From contig CM082576.2 in assembly GCA_040954595.2 (NCBI GenBank), positions 12,465,129 to 12,529,128 of the forward strand: a stretch of DNA of 64,000 bases, given 5' to 3'. A program made the translations under genes and the position numbers. This DNA is from Balanoglossus misakiensis. Lineage: Eukaryota; Animalia; Hemichordata. Below the pieces are notes generated by a model. That model was not told where the DNA came from and searched no databases. It saw only the letters and a program-made list of their open reading frames with translations. Shown here piece by piece: positions 26,901-40,500 of this stretch. The first letter of the stretch is position 1; every line of letters begins with the position of its first letter.

Positions 26901-29900
26901 AGCAAATCTTTCCTAAATATGGCAACAGAAAAATTTGAACTCCATGAAAGATGATGAAATAAAAGAAAAACCACACCGAGATTACTCACGACCATTTGAG
27001 TTCCTGCTAGAAGCAGGAAAAGTGTGTAATTCTGTTGGTCAGCTGAAGTGTGTGTATGATTTATTTTCTGATTAAAGAGATTGTATGTGTGAGTGAACTG
27101 AGTGGAACTTTCTTTTCCTCTTTTTGTGTCTCGTATTTCACACCAATAGTTCCATTCATGAATAAAATTTATCCTCAAATTTATTCAGTGACCTATTTTT
27201 TTCTGGTGATTGTAAAAAATTACCTCCAAGCCCATGTTGCATTGTGCAGAAGTTACCAGAATTTTGTCTGGATGTGTAGTATATTGCAGTGTTGAAAATT
27301 GTAGCTGCTGAAAAATTAATATCATAGATATGAATGTCCATGCAAGGTAGCATTTAAACTTAGTCTTTAGTTAGACATGCTCAATTGATCAAGTTGCTAG
27401 CGAGATTTAATTTTAGATTTCCTGGAGTGTGAAGTAATGTTTTTTTGTTTCAGGAAGTTTTAGGATGTAGGCTTTTTTTATTATAAAAATAATTGCATGA
27501 TCCTAGTGCTTTATAATTAACATTCTGTTTTTCATTGCTTCATTTTTGCTGTTATAGAGTTTTTTAAATTCTATTGTTAGTGAATGACCTGCATGTTCTG
27601 CTTGCACACTGTAGCATGCCGTACACACTAGTACAGTGCCGGTGTTTGCTGTGCCATGTTTTGGTTCTCCGCTGACACGACTTTTGGGGGATAATTTTGT
27701 TCACGATCTGTGTCTCTTCCTCCTGGAACTTGTGTTCTTCCTCCTCCCCCCTCCACTTCTTCGATCTCTTCTTCCATACAACTGCTGGCCTTCTCATAGG
27801 ATGGTGGTGGTAGTGCCCTCACAGGTACGTCGTAACAAGTCAACAGTGATCATTCCTAGTCCTAGAAATTCGAAATTGTGCCGGAAAATTGCAAATCTTG
27901 CAAAATGCTAAAATGTTGCATTTACCAGAAGAAAAGATACATTGCAAGGCAGATTTGGTCAGAAAAAATCTAGTCCGCTTTTTGTAACGGCCATAAATTA
28001 GAGCCTGCTCATTAATACATTCCACCACCATCCATGAACCCCCCCCCCCCCAAAAAAAAAGAGTTCCCAGGGCTTGAAAATACCAAACCAGATTTATTTA
28101 AACAATGAGAGATATGGAGGTTCAAACCTCAGCAGCCTAAGAGTCAGCCAGGTACAATATGCTAATTTATTAAAGACACCCCTTAACTTAGTGGACATAA
28201 ATCCATGCTTCATGGAATTTCTATTATTTTTTTCAAGTCCTGTTCATTCACTGCAGCATGTATCAAGTAGTGTGCCCTGTTGCCCCCACGCCCTGTAAAT
28301 TGATACATAGACATTTTAATTAATGTCCAAAATGCTGCTATCTGGCATGTCGTATAAATCAGAGGGTCATAAATTGATCCAAACTGCTCTCCCTTCATTC
28401 TGAGAACTTGTATACTGAAATTATCCTTTATTGTATGACACGACAGTGAATCCAAGCAAGTATAATATAGCAATTGAATGCAGGAAATGTTCAACTTTAA
28501 AGACAACACTGAAGGATTCAAATTGCTAGGCAACATTTTCAGAGAATTTTTCCAAATCAATGTCGATTTTCTGCGAATGGTAATGAAATAGGACAATAGA
28601 CAAACAGAGTCTGGATATTCGTGTCATTGGGTGATGTCCCAGATATGCAAATGTGCACCAAATTTTGTGAAATTTATCATAGTTCGCAAAATAACCTAGC
28701 CATGGTTTTTGATATGATGATGAATATCCACTCTGTCATTTATGTAAATTTTGAGGGGGGGGGGGGTATGTATCTGTTAAAATATTCAAATTTTCAGAAA
28801 AGTATGCTTATCTTTCTTTATTCAATTCAGTGATTTGAATCATTTTTTAGAAATTGGCAAAATGGGTTTAAAATTACAAAATTTGAGAGGTTTGAATAGG
28901 AAGAGCCAAAAATCCACAGAAAAACATCCGAACAGTAAGATTTGGCACAATCAGTAGTGTACATGTTTGTTTGGAATCTTGCCAATGATGTCAACCGACA
29001 TCCACTCCTTCGGTATTGCTAATTCATGGTGCAGTGGAATTTCAGTCCATTTCTACACCGTCGGTAATCCCTATATAATTTACACAATTTCAGTTCTTTA
29101 GTGAATTCCAATGGTTGGACAATGCAGAAAATTTTCCCTTTAAATCGAACAACATTCTCATTTTGAGAGACGCGTGCACTCATTGCCAGAAGTCAGCTGT
29201 CATGATTGTGAAATTGTCTGCAGTCATCAACCATTGCTGTATCAGATGGTTGAAACTGAAACTAATTTCAGAATCATAAGCAGGCTTTTCTAAGAACACA
29301 TCCCTCAGAAGGGAAAAAAATCGAAACTGAATGCCCTGTTTATCATTGACGATCATAATTAAATATTTGTGAAGCGTCCGTCGGTGGTGCAGGGCGTTTG
29401 GAGAAATGGAAACATGCTGCAGTGACCAAATAAATGTGTCATACCCCAGATCTGTCATTTCAAGTGGGCTGGCTTTTAGTTTTAGGCTTCATCATCATGA
29501 AATCTGTTTTGTCAATTAGTCATCGATATGTCACATTTCATTTTCAATAAATTGGCCGACATACAATTTGGTGTACACATACCATGGCACTCCTATGAAA
29601 ACTAGAAGCTTTGGTATGAAATTTTATATGGAAAATCACCTAATGTGATTTATTTTGCTCGGAGCTTTTTTGTTCAAGTTAGATTTATTCTCACATGTGT
29701 CACTGTCCTTGTTATTGTAGATTTTGTTTGTTTTCTTGCATGAGGGCAGGGATCATTTCAGGTGCAATATAAGCTTTTACTGAAATGACACTGGATTTCC
29801 ATTTCACAAAATGTAGACATGTTCTCTTTGCACAAGATATGTGCCAATTTCATAACGCTTTCTGGAGTAGAACAAGAAACAGGAGTTGATTCATGAGAGG

Positions 29901-30409
29901 AAATACTTAAAAAAATAGTCAAAAGTGCCTGGGGCTTTAATCATTGTACCATAGAATTGTGTTTCTTACAATGTGCCCACAGTTTCTGTGCTGACTGATT
30001 GCTGACCGTTTTCTTTCGAGTCAATCTGCTGTACATGTACTTGCCACAATTCCACAAGCTAAATATAGCAACAGTAAACGCTACTTCCAAAAGCCATGAT
30101 TCCATATAATTTTTGTCTTGTGTTTTTTTTTCTCGCCCCGCAGTGTACGATGACGAACTGTTGGGACTCGAGATAGAGCCCATGCCGATGCCGGCCAGGA
30201 AACCAACCAGCAAGCCGTTTGCCGATCTCCTGGCCAAGATGAACACTGCCACCTCCATGGTCAAGAAGCGCGGCCAACGAGACGCCAGTCTGACGGACGA
30301 GGCCGCCAAAATACTCGACGGTCTCCCCAACCTGGATTTCATGCACGCTAAGGTTTTGATGTTTCCCATGAAGTCGTCCAGCAGTAGTGGCAGCCTGAGT
30401 TCGACCTAA
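16093..30409 (+). CDS. AFTPH: Aftiphilin (AP-1/clathrin accessory protein), 889 aa; join(16093..17904,19348..19526,20166..20298,20740..20883,24997..25057,26250..26324,30144..30409)
   Basis: All introns are GT-AG and phases are consistent (2670 nt = 890 codons). Hallmarks: N-terminal IIPMLSSSPPPMD...DDDDGFGNF, many DFGxF gamma-ear motifs, VWNNLKDVDTTNALTYQWGGSSNDKTMLKSLGIDTRNI, EFDWSSSGLINPLD, LNLDFF, and C-terminal LPNLDFMHAKVLMFP, all matching remembered vertebrate aftiphilin blocks. Confidence 0.93.
19348..19526 (+). CDS. AFTPH: AFTPH coding exon 2 (PFAANKIQRVFAMCFP...HKSVK)
   Basis: TCTCTGCAG| acceptor, AA|GTGAGT donor; phase 0 to 2 matches the flanking exons. Confidence 0.8.
20166..20298 (+). 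CDS. AFTPH: AFTPH coding exon 3 (conserved clathrin-binding region, YQWGGS...LGIDTRNI)
   Basis: AACAG| acceptor, ATT|GTAAGT donor; highly conserved aftiphilin motif. Confidence 0.93.
20740..20883 (+). CDS. AFTPH: AFTPH coding exon 4 (LMAKKPSSSVPIFAANLTMLQP...)
   Basis: TTCTTCGCGCAG| acceptor, CAG|GTATGT donor, phase 0-0; VPIFAA..MLQP resembles aftiphilin VPMYAA..MLEP. Confidence 0.88.
24997..25057 (+). CDS. AFTPH: AFTPH coding exon 5 (EALPQVEFDWSSSGLINPLD)
   Basis: CGTAG| acceptor, G|GTAAGC donor; conserved FDWSSSGLxNPLD motif. Confidence 0.93.
26250..26324 (+). CDS. AFTPH: AFTPH coding exon 6, symmetric 75-nt exon (ANSLNLDFFVTETSSTKKTNTKSKS)
   Basis: CCGCAG| acceptor, CAG|GTAATT donor, phase 1-1; LNLDFF motif as in aftiphilin. 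Confidence 0.85.
30144..30409 (+). CDS. AFTPH: AFTPH terminal coding exon (…LTDEAAKILDGLPNLDFMHAKVLMFP…stop)
   Basis: T-rich tract plus CCCCGCAG| acceptor; conserved C-terminal block; TAA at 30407-30409. Confidence 0.93.
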
Positions 30410-33400
30410 AAGTTGGCTGTCGTCAAAAGTTGACCGTCTCTTGTAATACACTTGGGGCCACGCCTGTCGTCTTTTATCACCCAGATGCTCTGCCCTGACC
30501 CCTGTGTAACAACTGAACTCCAGAACCCTGTGTCTGCCGCCGTTCTCGATTGTCATATAAAATACACTGAAAAGAAATGAAAGTTGGAAACCGCTTCTTG
30601 GCTCACAATTTTTTGTGAACCTTATTTTTAAGCGGGAATCCAGTTTTCACCATCATTCCTTCTTTGAGTCCAATACTTGTGTGTAATCCCTGAAATGAAT
30701 TTGTAAATACAGTTTAATCCAAGATGATTTTCATCCTCCCCTCTCTCTTTCACAGTGGCATACCCGTATTTACTAGTATGTACAGTGTGAAATATTATAG
30801 CATATGTCATTTTTTTCATCAGTTGATACTAACAGTAATTTTTATCTAATTTGGATGCCAGAAATCTACCCCGGTCTAATTTTCTGTCTGTATAGTTTGG
30901 TCCGTTATGTGTGGTACTAGTATTTATCATTTGTGGATCAGAAATTTCAACCTGTGATGGAACTGATAGAATGTTCATTTCAGTTTTTAATGAAAACAAT
31001 GATTCAGCTCTGTCTGGAGATAATATGCCAGTGCATTGAAGCGAGCATGAAGAAAAACACAAGGATAGACTCCTCTTCTCCATTAAATGTACTTGTACAT
31101 TTACCAAAAACATATCAACGTGGTAGCGGCTACCAAGAGACCATTATTTACAATCTTACAGGTCTGGAGGATAATCGTCCTTCACAACAAATAAAAGTAA
31201 ACTTATAAAAACCAGAGAAAAGAACATTATTATGTTAATCTCCACAAGCTTTGTTGGAATTAGAAATTTAATTGGAGTCAGTGCTGAAGTCAGCAGTGAG
31301 ATGATGCATGTGTGTGCTTAATATTGACTGGTCACATTGAGTAATTCCTGTTAGTTAGCAGGCAATGTTAGCGATCTTATGAAATAGCTATGTTGACACA
31401 CGATTAGCAATCACCTTGGGAAAAAAATGTACTGGTAATAAAAAAAATCATGGCGATTTTAAAATTGCTGTATGTAGTCCATATAGTCAACATGTATGTC
31501 GTGTTCAACTGGTGCAATGTGCAATTTTTTTTTTCTTTTAAATATTTTAAATAACTGCTCCACGGCTGTAGCAAATAGCAGTTGCTGTTAATTGTCAAAT
31601 ACTCCTGTATAAATTAGGGGTTAGAAAAAAGTCTTGAGACAATTCCTGTATAATTTGTAAATACCAAACATGAGATACTCAGAAGTTACTATTAAAATGA
31701 AATTTTCTTTTTGATCCATAACAGTGGTGTGAATAGAACCTATGTGTAAAGCATTGATTAACTCTGCTTCGCGAAGTTGTCATTGTAGTTGTTATGGTGT
31801 TTTGTTTAAATTTAAACAAGAATACAGGAAAATATCGCACAAAAATAAAGCAAGAAAACCGAGACAAGTTGCCTGCATGTTTTCTGCGTATGAGAAGGTA
31901 TACTTTTTGAATTTCACATTGCCATATCTCTGAACTCATCACCTGTTTTCACATGGGGATGTATTATCACAGGGAGACTGAATACTTATGTCAATGGAAA
32001 TAATTTTGAATATTTTAAGAAATGGGTGTTTTAGTGCTTAAATTGCCAATGGCATCATGTAGCTTTAATTATGTGTTATAAAAGTGCTTGACATCTGAAC
32101 AGAAATCCTTCTTGTCTTCTTTAATTCGAAAGGGACAGAGTTACCGGTACTGTCTTTTAACATTCTGGGGCGGTGTGTTATACACCAACAGACATCAATA
32201 TCACCCACTCTGCTCGTCCATGAGTTGTACGAGATGACCAGAATGAGAACTCCTACACATCAATTTTTTTATTGAGATCTTCGTGATTCTGGTGATTAGA
32301 ATGTACTAATGCTCTGCTGAATATTATAATTATTTGATCATTAATGATTTATTATCACACGCCTTCAGGTTTCTTCTTATTATTATAACTTGTGATACTC
32401 TCAACAACACAACTGAACAGTACCCATTCTGTGACATATCCCCCCTGGGGTCTGGTAGCTCCACCAAGGAGGGAGTTCTCTGCAGGGGGCCAGGGGAGCC
32501 TACACTATGTAATGACTAGATGCATTGCTCAAGTTCTGTGTGGGAGGGTACATGTACTGGCCTTCAGGTTGTCGTGATCTCAAGCCAACTGCTTGAGTTT
32601 AATTGGTAGGCCAATCCAGTGTAATAGACTGTAAGACCTACTGCATGAGTTCTCTTTAGGGATAGACGACACAATGTAATGATACCTGGACTCTATGTAG
32701 CATTCTCTCTATTGGTGGGGGGTGGGGTGTAGGTGGGTGAAACATATAGGCCTTCATAATGATTTTAGACCCACTGCTAGCTGGACCCAGGCTTGGGGTG
32801 TTTACTTCATCCAATTAAAACCCACACAGCAAACCAGTCTTTTCCATGATGTCATTGACATCATCAACATAATTTATTCATCAGTGATGTCACAGACGTC
32901 ATCAACACAATGCATTTTCTGTGATTGTGAGTCGCCTTGAAATGCACTGGTAAATGTTTTTCTGGTTTCTTTCCTGACATGGCCGCTTGCAGGGGATTCA
33001 AACAGCAACCTACAAACCTGATTTTACCCTTTGACCACAAAGGTTCAGTCCAAACCCATTGTTTTCTATGTTAGGGTTGGACCTCTAAAGAGGGAACTGG
33101 GGGTGAAAGGGGTTAAAACTGCATAGATGAATTTTGAGACACTATACATAGATTGTAAAAAATTTAGCTGTTGTAAGACGACACAAATGACACAATTTAT
33201 TCAAAGAAATGTGTTGGAGATCCTTATATTAATGGGACTTCAAATTCATAAGATGTCAACTCACCAGCAAAAACAAAAATCAATTTCAGGGTCGCAGTGG
33301 TCTACTTAATGTTCTGTGAGGATTTTACATTCCCATGTATGTGCTTTCCATAAATTTTTTGTTTTTGAAATGTCTAAAATCTTATCAGGAATATATATAC

Positions 33401-34506
33401 ATGTCCATATGAATATACACTCGTTAGAATTGTCAGAGTACCAGAAACAGATGAAGGTTGCAGAGTTGGTGAACTTTCAAATTTAAGTCCTCATCCTGAC
33501 TCTAGGGTTTTGCTTATAAAAGGAATTTGTCTCTTATTTTACTGTCAACCTCTGCCAGTTATGAAACTACATAACCTTGTGAATACCAACAAAGCCGGGT
33601 GTTATATTTTAATGAGAATTTAGATTCTGATGGTTTGCAGGAAACGGGTGCCACAGAATTGTGGTTTTTATTCCACATCTTGGGATTTGTCTGAATAGAT
33701 TGTTTCATTAGGTGTTTTATTTTGTTGTTTAATTTTAATCCGTTGCCACGTTTGATTAGTTTATCATCAAAACAAAATCAGCCAGCCTGGTTGACAAAAA
33801 AACCTGCCTTTTGAAGTCATATTGCAAAATATTAACTAATGACCACGCAATTATCGGAGAATTTGTTTTATCATGTGAAATTTGATGATAACACTGTCTG
33901 ATGCAATCCTGACTGTATGTAAGCTGTCCAAAAATTTCAGAGAATCGAATGGTGACCCCTCCCTAACAGATGTAACCCCCACGTCTTCTGACAAAGGTTT
34001 CAGTCAGAATTTAAAATAAAGTTGGAAAACACGACACTATTCCTGTGAACATCAATGTTCACATTAGCTCAAATCCTCCCAAACCGGTGACACTGTCGTA
34101 ATTTTCAAGACTGAATTAAAAAAAAACACAAATGAGGTTGATAATATATCATTTACATGTCAGATAAACTCTCATGCCCTATTTTCCAGCAGATGCTAGG
34201 AGCACCCTCAGTTTGATGTACGGTAACTTATATTGGCATACAATGTTTTCCATGACTCTTCTTACTTGGTCAGCATTATCTTGTTTTCTGTAGCAGTATA
34301 ACTTGGCAATTGAAAATTTCACTGTGTAAATGTGTGAACAGTATTTACTGAACCCTGATCGGTGTCCAGAGTTTCAGAGAAGGAAGCATGTAAAGATTGA
34401 CTAAAAATAGCCATTGGAACGGTTTTGTTTTATTTGTCTTGCTTCATTAATTTACTGCAGTTTGTATTGTAAATGATTGGAAAAAAAGTAATGTGTAATA
34501 ATCAGT

Positions 34507-34512
34507 AATAAA
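34507..34512 (+). terminator. Candidate distal AFTPH polyadenylation signal (AATAAA); proximal alternatives near 31189 and 31844
   Basis: AATAAA followed by a GT/T-rich downstream tract (TTGTGTTTATTTTGTCT). The 3' end is not verifiable without transcripts. Confidence 0.35.
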
Positions 34513-37500
34513 GTCATGAATTTCAAGGAAATCTTCCGAGTTGTGTTTATTTTGTCTCAAGATCATGGGAATGTCAAATTGGACATTATAATTCATAAAT
34601 GTTCATATATTTTTGTGGTCTTTCTAATTTTTGATTCCTACTGTGGTACTATATGTTACTATCCAGCTCAACGAAGAAAATTATCTCTCTGTACAGACAC
34701 TGACTAGAATTTGTAATACTTCTGCTTTTTTACAAGACAAAAATATATTTCTTCAGAATTATGTATGAGTTCTGTGAACCAATGATTTGTGCGACACTTC
34801 CTCAAAATACATTTCTTGAAGCGAAAAACGTTGAATTTCCAACAAAGAGAATGGGTAGCTGCAAATGTACTAAAGTCAACTGGACTGGCTTTTGGGGTAC
34901 ACGCCCACCTGGCACTTTTGCTTGAAGATTATCAAATCATATTTGGTGATATGCGATTCTAGACTGCAACAAATCTCGACTTCAACACCCAAAGAGTGAT
35001 TTTACGTGTTGTGGGTATGGGCATGTTGTAGACCCTTTAATATAAATGCCAATATACATGTATCGTATGTATTATACAGCAACTGTAGCGGTTTGCATAG
35101 TACTCCTTGTGTCTGCGGTCATGTCAATTTGTCCGGTAAAAGTCTGCCACACGTACAAAGCAAAGGTCAATTTAAGAAGTCACAATACCCATAAAAGCAA
35201 ACAATCCTCTATCTGCCCGGGTCTTAACCTGAAAGCGAGGGGACGTACGTTGCAAACGTGGCGAGCACTTCTGAAGGCCCAGTGACGAGGAACACAATGT
35301 GAACAATGACTGCTTCTGCTGGCAACGTGCCAACACTCTGCCACGTGCCACAAACACTTGTCCCGTTACGGTTCCTGTGTACGTTGCCTGGCTTGAGCAT
35401 TTGCAAAGAATATTCATCACCTTTACATGAAGAAGTGTTGGTGATAGATTCCATAGATAATTTTACCACACTTGGGTATAGATACACATCTTTTTTTAGT
35501 ATGCTGTGCCAAACAAGTGCAATATTTTTTATATCATGTGATAGCTTCAGTGAAATGAGTTTAGCACAGATTGCTAATTTTCTGAGGATCTGTAATATGT
35601 TTGTATTTCTGTTGAAGAATGAATATTTTGAAGATGGCTAATTGTCACGTGCAGCAAAAGTGTGGGACGTCACTAAATTTCTCACTGTGTACGACTACCG
35701 GTAGTTTTTATATGGCATCATCGAATTGGATTACATTAAAAGTAATGCATCACATGTAATGCGTCCTGTCTAACAGCACATAACTATATACCTACATTAT
35801 TTGAAAAGACTGGAAGTTCTCTCTTGTATGAAATGGATCCTAAACGGCCACGCCCGCACACCATCACGCATAATCATGTCCTCATCTCATTTTTTGAGCA
35901 AAACTCCATTGAATACTACACGGAGTGGTGTAGGCCTGCAGTAATATTCGCAGTCCAATTTCCCATTACTGATTGACCCACTTCCAAGATGGCACTTTTT
36001 TTCATTCCTGACATTATCAGTGCTCTGCTTTCTTATGTAGGTCAAATGAACAATTCTCACTAATGTAATCCATATAAAGGTGTTACCCGGCGATATTGAT
36101 GAACAAATACGGGGACACTGAAAGCGAGCACCTCGGGGGGATGTCATGCAAGATTTGGTCTTCTTCATGGCCACACCATATTTTGACTATTATAATGAGA
36201 AAAAGCTTCAGAAATAAATTGCAGCAGTGTGTTGAATTAATATATAGTCATGTACTTTGGATTTGTTTGGTGATTTGTTTGTTTGTGTTTTTTCATTTTG
36301 TAATATGATGTTGATAATCCCCCCCCCCCCCCCCCCCCATTCTACAGAGACTACTGGCATGAAATATATCATTCCAAAAGAATTTTTTTTTATTAAAATA
36401 AAATGTGAAAGTTTGATCAAAATGGAATGCTGCAACTACATTTTATCTCTGGTCTTCATTGTACATTTTTTTGTAAAAAATTAAGGTGAAATGGATGAGG
36501 TCTTAATTTCACAGATTCTACAAAGCTAAATTTTAATGACGAAGGTGAAACTGTGTCAACTACATGATGTCTTGTGTTGGAAACGCTGGACAATAAAGGT
36601 TCTGTAGAATCCTATGGAATAGAAAATCATCAAAAAGTCTATGGTTGTTGCCGTAGGAAGCCTTGTGGCTATTCTGCAAAAACGTGGAGATTGTGTGAGT
36701 GTATGTCATTCAGATTCCTGTTGGTTATTGTGAGAAACTTAGTTATTGTGCTGCTATGCGGATTTTTCATTTGTGTGTAGGTTGGAAAATGCAGCACAAA
36801 GATGTTTTTCAAAGATCTTAAAGCTTCTCCAAACCTAGAAATCAGGTCAAGGTCTAGCTTTGCTGTAATTTCAGCAGTAAGCCTAACTGTCAGGACATTG
36901 AATAGATGGGGAGGGAGGGGGACATAGACTGTGGGTAGAAATTTGTTTGATTTGGATATATACCAGTATTCAAAAATACACTGAAGGTCTTTTCAACAAA
37001 ACAAGCAGAATTAAACATTAGCATGGTTCAGTGTATTTAAAACACCTTAATTGTCACTTCTCTTTGTGTGAGGAAAAAAAACGTCAACATGACTTGGTTG
37101 CCAGGGTGATTCAGTGGTGTTTGACTTGACCTCTTAACCTTTGGTGGAAACTGTAGGGACATCCTCCATTATATTCAAATTACAAACCTTTTTGAAGCTT
37201 TTAAAACTATTCATTTTTTCGGCTCTTCTTAAGGAGTAACACAATGTCAGTTGCTGAAAGGTGCAGACCTGTTAATATGACCTGCCTTATAGTGATAAAC
37301 CCAATTGTGGCCAGAATCAATGATCCATTACACCAGGGTTTGTATTTTTAAACCGTTCCTCCCTTTCAATTTCCCAGCATTCATTCAGGTGAACTGTCAA
37401 ATCTGGTCAAGGTCAAAATCTCCCACACAGACCCATTCATTGGCGCCCAAGAACATAGAGAGGTCATGCAGCTCGATCTTCACGGAATGCCAAAGTTGCA

Positions 37501-40500
37501 TTGTGGGCGGGTTTCACCCGAAGAGATTCGGTCAAGGTCGCGTTCAGTCCAAGGGTATCCTGTAAATGATCCGAGATCATTCTGATTTCATTCAATAGGA
37601 GCCATGCCAGATTTCAATTCTAGATCAAAAAGGCAGTGCGTCAGTGTACTTGACAGTCACTATAGTGAGGAAAATACAATGATACTTAATCTGCCAGGAA
37701 ATGCTACATTCCCGAACCGTGGGACTTGAGAATAATCTAGATGAATTTCTAACATTGTGGGAGGATACCAGATCTCAGACGTCAGATCGTCTGAAATCTC
37801 TATCCCACATGTATGTATGTGTGTGTATGCGTATATGTATGTATGGATGTACCATGTATACAATAATGTGTCTGTATTCATCAAATATCTCTGCAGCTTT
37901 GTAGGGCTTCTTCAGTCGACAAACTCAGAGCATTGGTGGCAACTATAAAACAAAGATGTCCACGTAGAAATGGTGAAGAACAGAGCTAGCATGCATTATG
38001 AAGTGGTCTTCAGAAAGCCCTACAAAAATCGTCTGCTCTGGAGGGGATGTTGCAGACACGTTGATACAGACAGTGTATCTTCACGACACATGGTAGCAAA
38101 CGTGCAGTTGCCGATATTACCAAGGGTTGCTTTGGAGTCGACAGACATTACAGAGGATTCACGTTACTGTCCATGATCACCTGTTCTCTTCACAGCAAGA
38201 AACCACCTGACACCCACCCACAGTGGGGTGAATCCATTTTTTTAAATCTGATCAGGGACCCACTGCAGAACACCAACCCCTTACGCAGTGCCACGACTAC
38301 ACAGAGAGGGCATTGGTGTCAACATGTACATGTATTATCTAGTAGGCATGATTGCAAATGACAGGAAGTGGGAGTGTGTGGTTTTTTCTCTCTCTCTCTC
38401 CTCAATTGGCAGACACAGGAAGGTAGCAGTCTCCTTTGTCAATAGGTAATCACCATGATAATTGTTCAGATGCATGCCACTGCATGGCTGGACAGCTACT
38501 TCCCTATTGTCAATCAGCCATCTCATGCTGGTGTCACATCCTATGCAAAAAGCATGTCAGGTCTTGCTCATTCCACCACCAACTCGCACGACTATCCCCC
38601 CCCCCCCCCACCACTTGATATTTTTTTTCCAACAGTAGACAAAAACATCCATGACTCAATTAGATTCTTTTCCTCATTTTATTTCTCATAAAATTGAAAG
38701 AATAAAATTAAAAAATGACAAGTAAAACGAAATTCTACTGGACACAATACATAAAAAAGACTTCAGTATGAAAGGACATGAAACGAAAATAAGACTGAAC
38801 TTAAACATCTAGCAAAAATATGAAATCATTATTGGACACTAAGCCATTCCTCGTACTGTACTGTACAAAGGTATGGCTGGAATATAATAAATCTTAAAAT
38901 TCTTAAGAATCATGATTTGGAATTTCAGGTCATGTTTTCCCGCTTTATTTGCGCACTGGCAAAAATTCTAAAATATCTATAAAAACAGAAGGGCGGCGTT
39001 GATTCGCACGGCACTGGAATTTTTCAAAAGCTAACAGGTAACGGTGACCTCAAGAAATTTATTCCAGGAAGTCCGGGACTAGGTATTTCGAATGGAAGCT
39101 TGAAAGTTCATCTATGATTACAACATAAAAAAGAATACGTCTGCCAAGGAAAGGGCCTGCCTAAAAAATTCATTTTCTGCAGCGAAATGTCTGCGAATTC
39201 ATTGTAATTGAGAGTACAGGTCGTAAGTCTTCTTTGGTATTGTGAAGAAATAAAAATAGATAGACAGATGTAGATTCCTATAAAATGTAACAGTATCATC
39301 TTGTAGAAAAATCTCTCACTGATGTAATTGGATATTATATAAAGTCTTACTATTAAGAACAGCAATTACAGTTCGTGATTAGTAATTGCAAAATAATACA
39401 CATACATTGCATATATAATATCATATGAATGTATACAAATTTCATTTTACAAATTTATAAAAAAAAATGAAATGTAGTCTAGAATTCACTGATTGAACTG
39501 TTTGACAGTGAAAATTTTCCCTGCAGTATCCTGTCTTTTCTGTACAAAATTCACTTTTTACTTTACACGTTCCTGTACATACATGTACACATTCTGTCTG
39601 AATTCAATATATCATACATATCTACCTAATTACACTGTCAGTTCCTTCCATTTAATGTCAAACAGTTGTACACAATAAATAAATAATTCTCAATTGGAAA
39701 AGGTCTGGCAACATCTTCAAAAGACAATAGGAAAAAATACAATTCTGACAGACCAAATAAAAAATATACAAAGTCAAAATTTATGGCCAAATCTTACTTA
39801 TACAATAAATACTATCATATTGAAGATACAGTTATGAGCTGCATATTGTATTGTAGCATTTCAATAGAGCACTTGGGTCATAATTTTGGCAATACCATTT
39901 TGTGATAGGGGTGTCGCTCTTTAAAATAAGTTAATTAGCTCGTTTGCGTTCCGATAAAAATACATTAAGTTAAGTTTCCTCCGACAAACACCAGACCAGG
40001 TTTTCACATCTCTAGCAGGGCAGTACCACCCTTCTCGACCTTTACTATGATATAGGGCGGTCCCAAATCAATCGGTCCCTCTCACCGCACTGGGTACAGC
40101 CATGAAAAGGTCAAATGTGATATCCCTGGGTGGTTGTTTTTTTCCCCAGTTTTTCTCTCTCATTGCCAAGACACACCCTGTTCACAAAATGGTACATTCC
40201 TGACTGGTTTATACTGACTGTCTAATATTGCTTCAGCATCTCCACCTTAACTTAAAATGTGGCAATAAATATCCACCTCTTTCTTAAAAATTTCAAGCAT
40301 GCTGTCGACAGTGACAGTATCTTATCCACAGTAAACATGTACAAAACATATTTAATATACCACCACTAGGGCGTGTTCAATCGAAAAAAAAGCACAGAAA
40401 TTTGCCGAAACTATAAATGAATGGAAAATTACCAGCATATCATTTGCATATGCTGCAAATGCGTGACCTTGCCTGTCACTAAAATACATGTTTCAATTGC

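Noticed and set aside
27564-27843. Minus-strand ORF pieces with PPPSY and a VYGMLQC..C word faintly recalling a TnpB/Fanzor zinc-finger end
   Set aside because: Needs a frameshift, has an in-frame stop just upstream, and lacks the NRD/NA catalytic motif and any other RuvC part. Better explained as the complement of a plus-strand pyrimidine tract.
32440-32740. GC-richer patch in the AFTPH 3' region, possible SINE remnant
   Set aside because: No clear Pol III A/B boxes, tail or TSD, and no second copy in the window.
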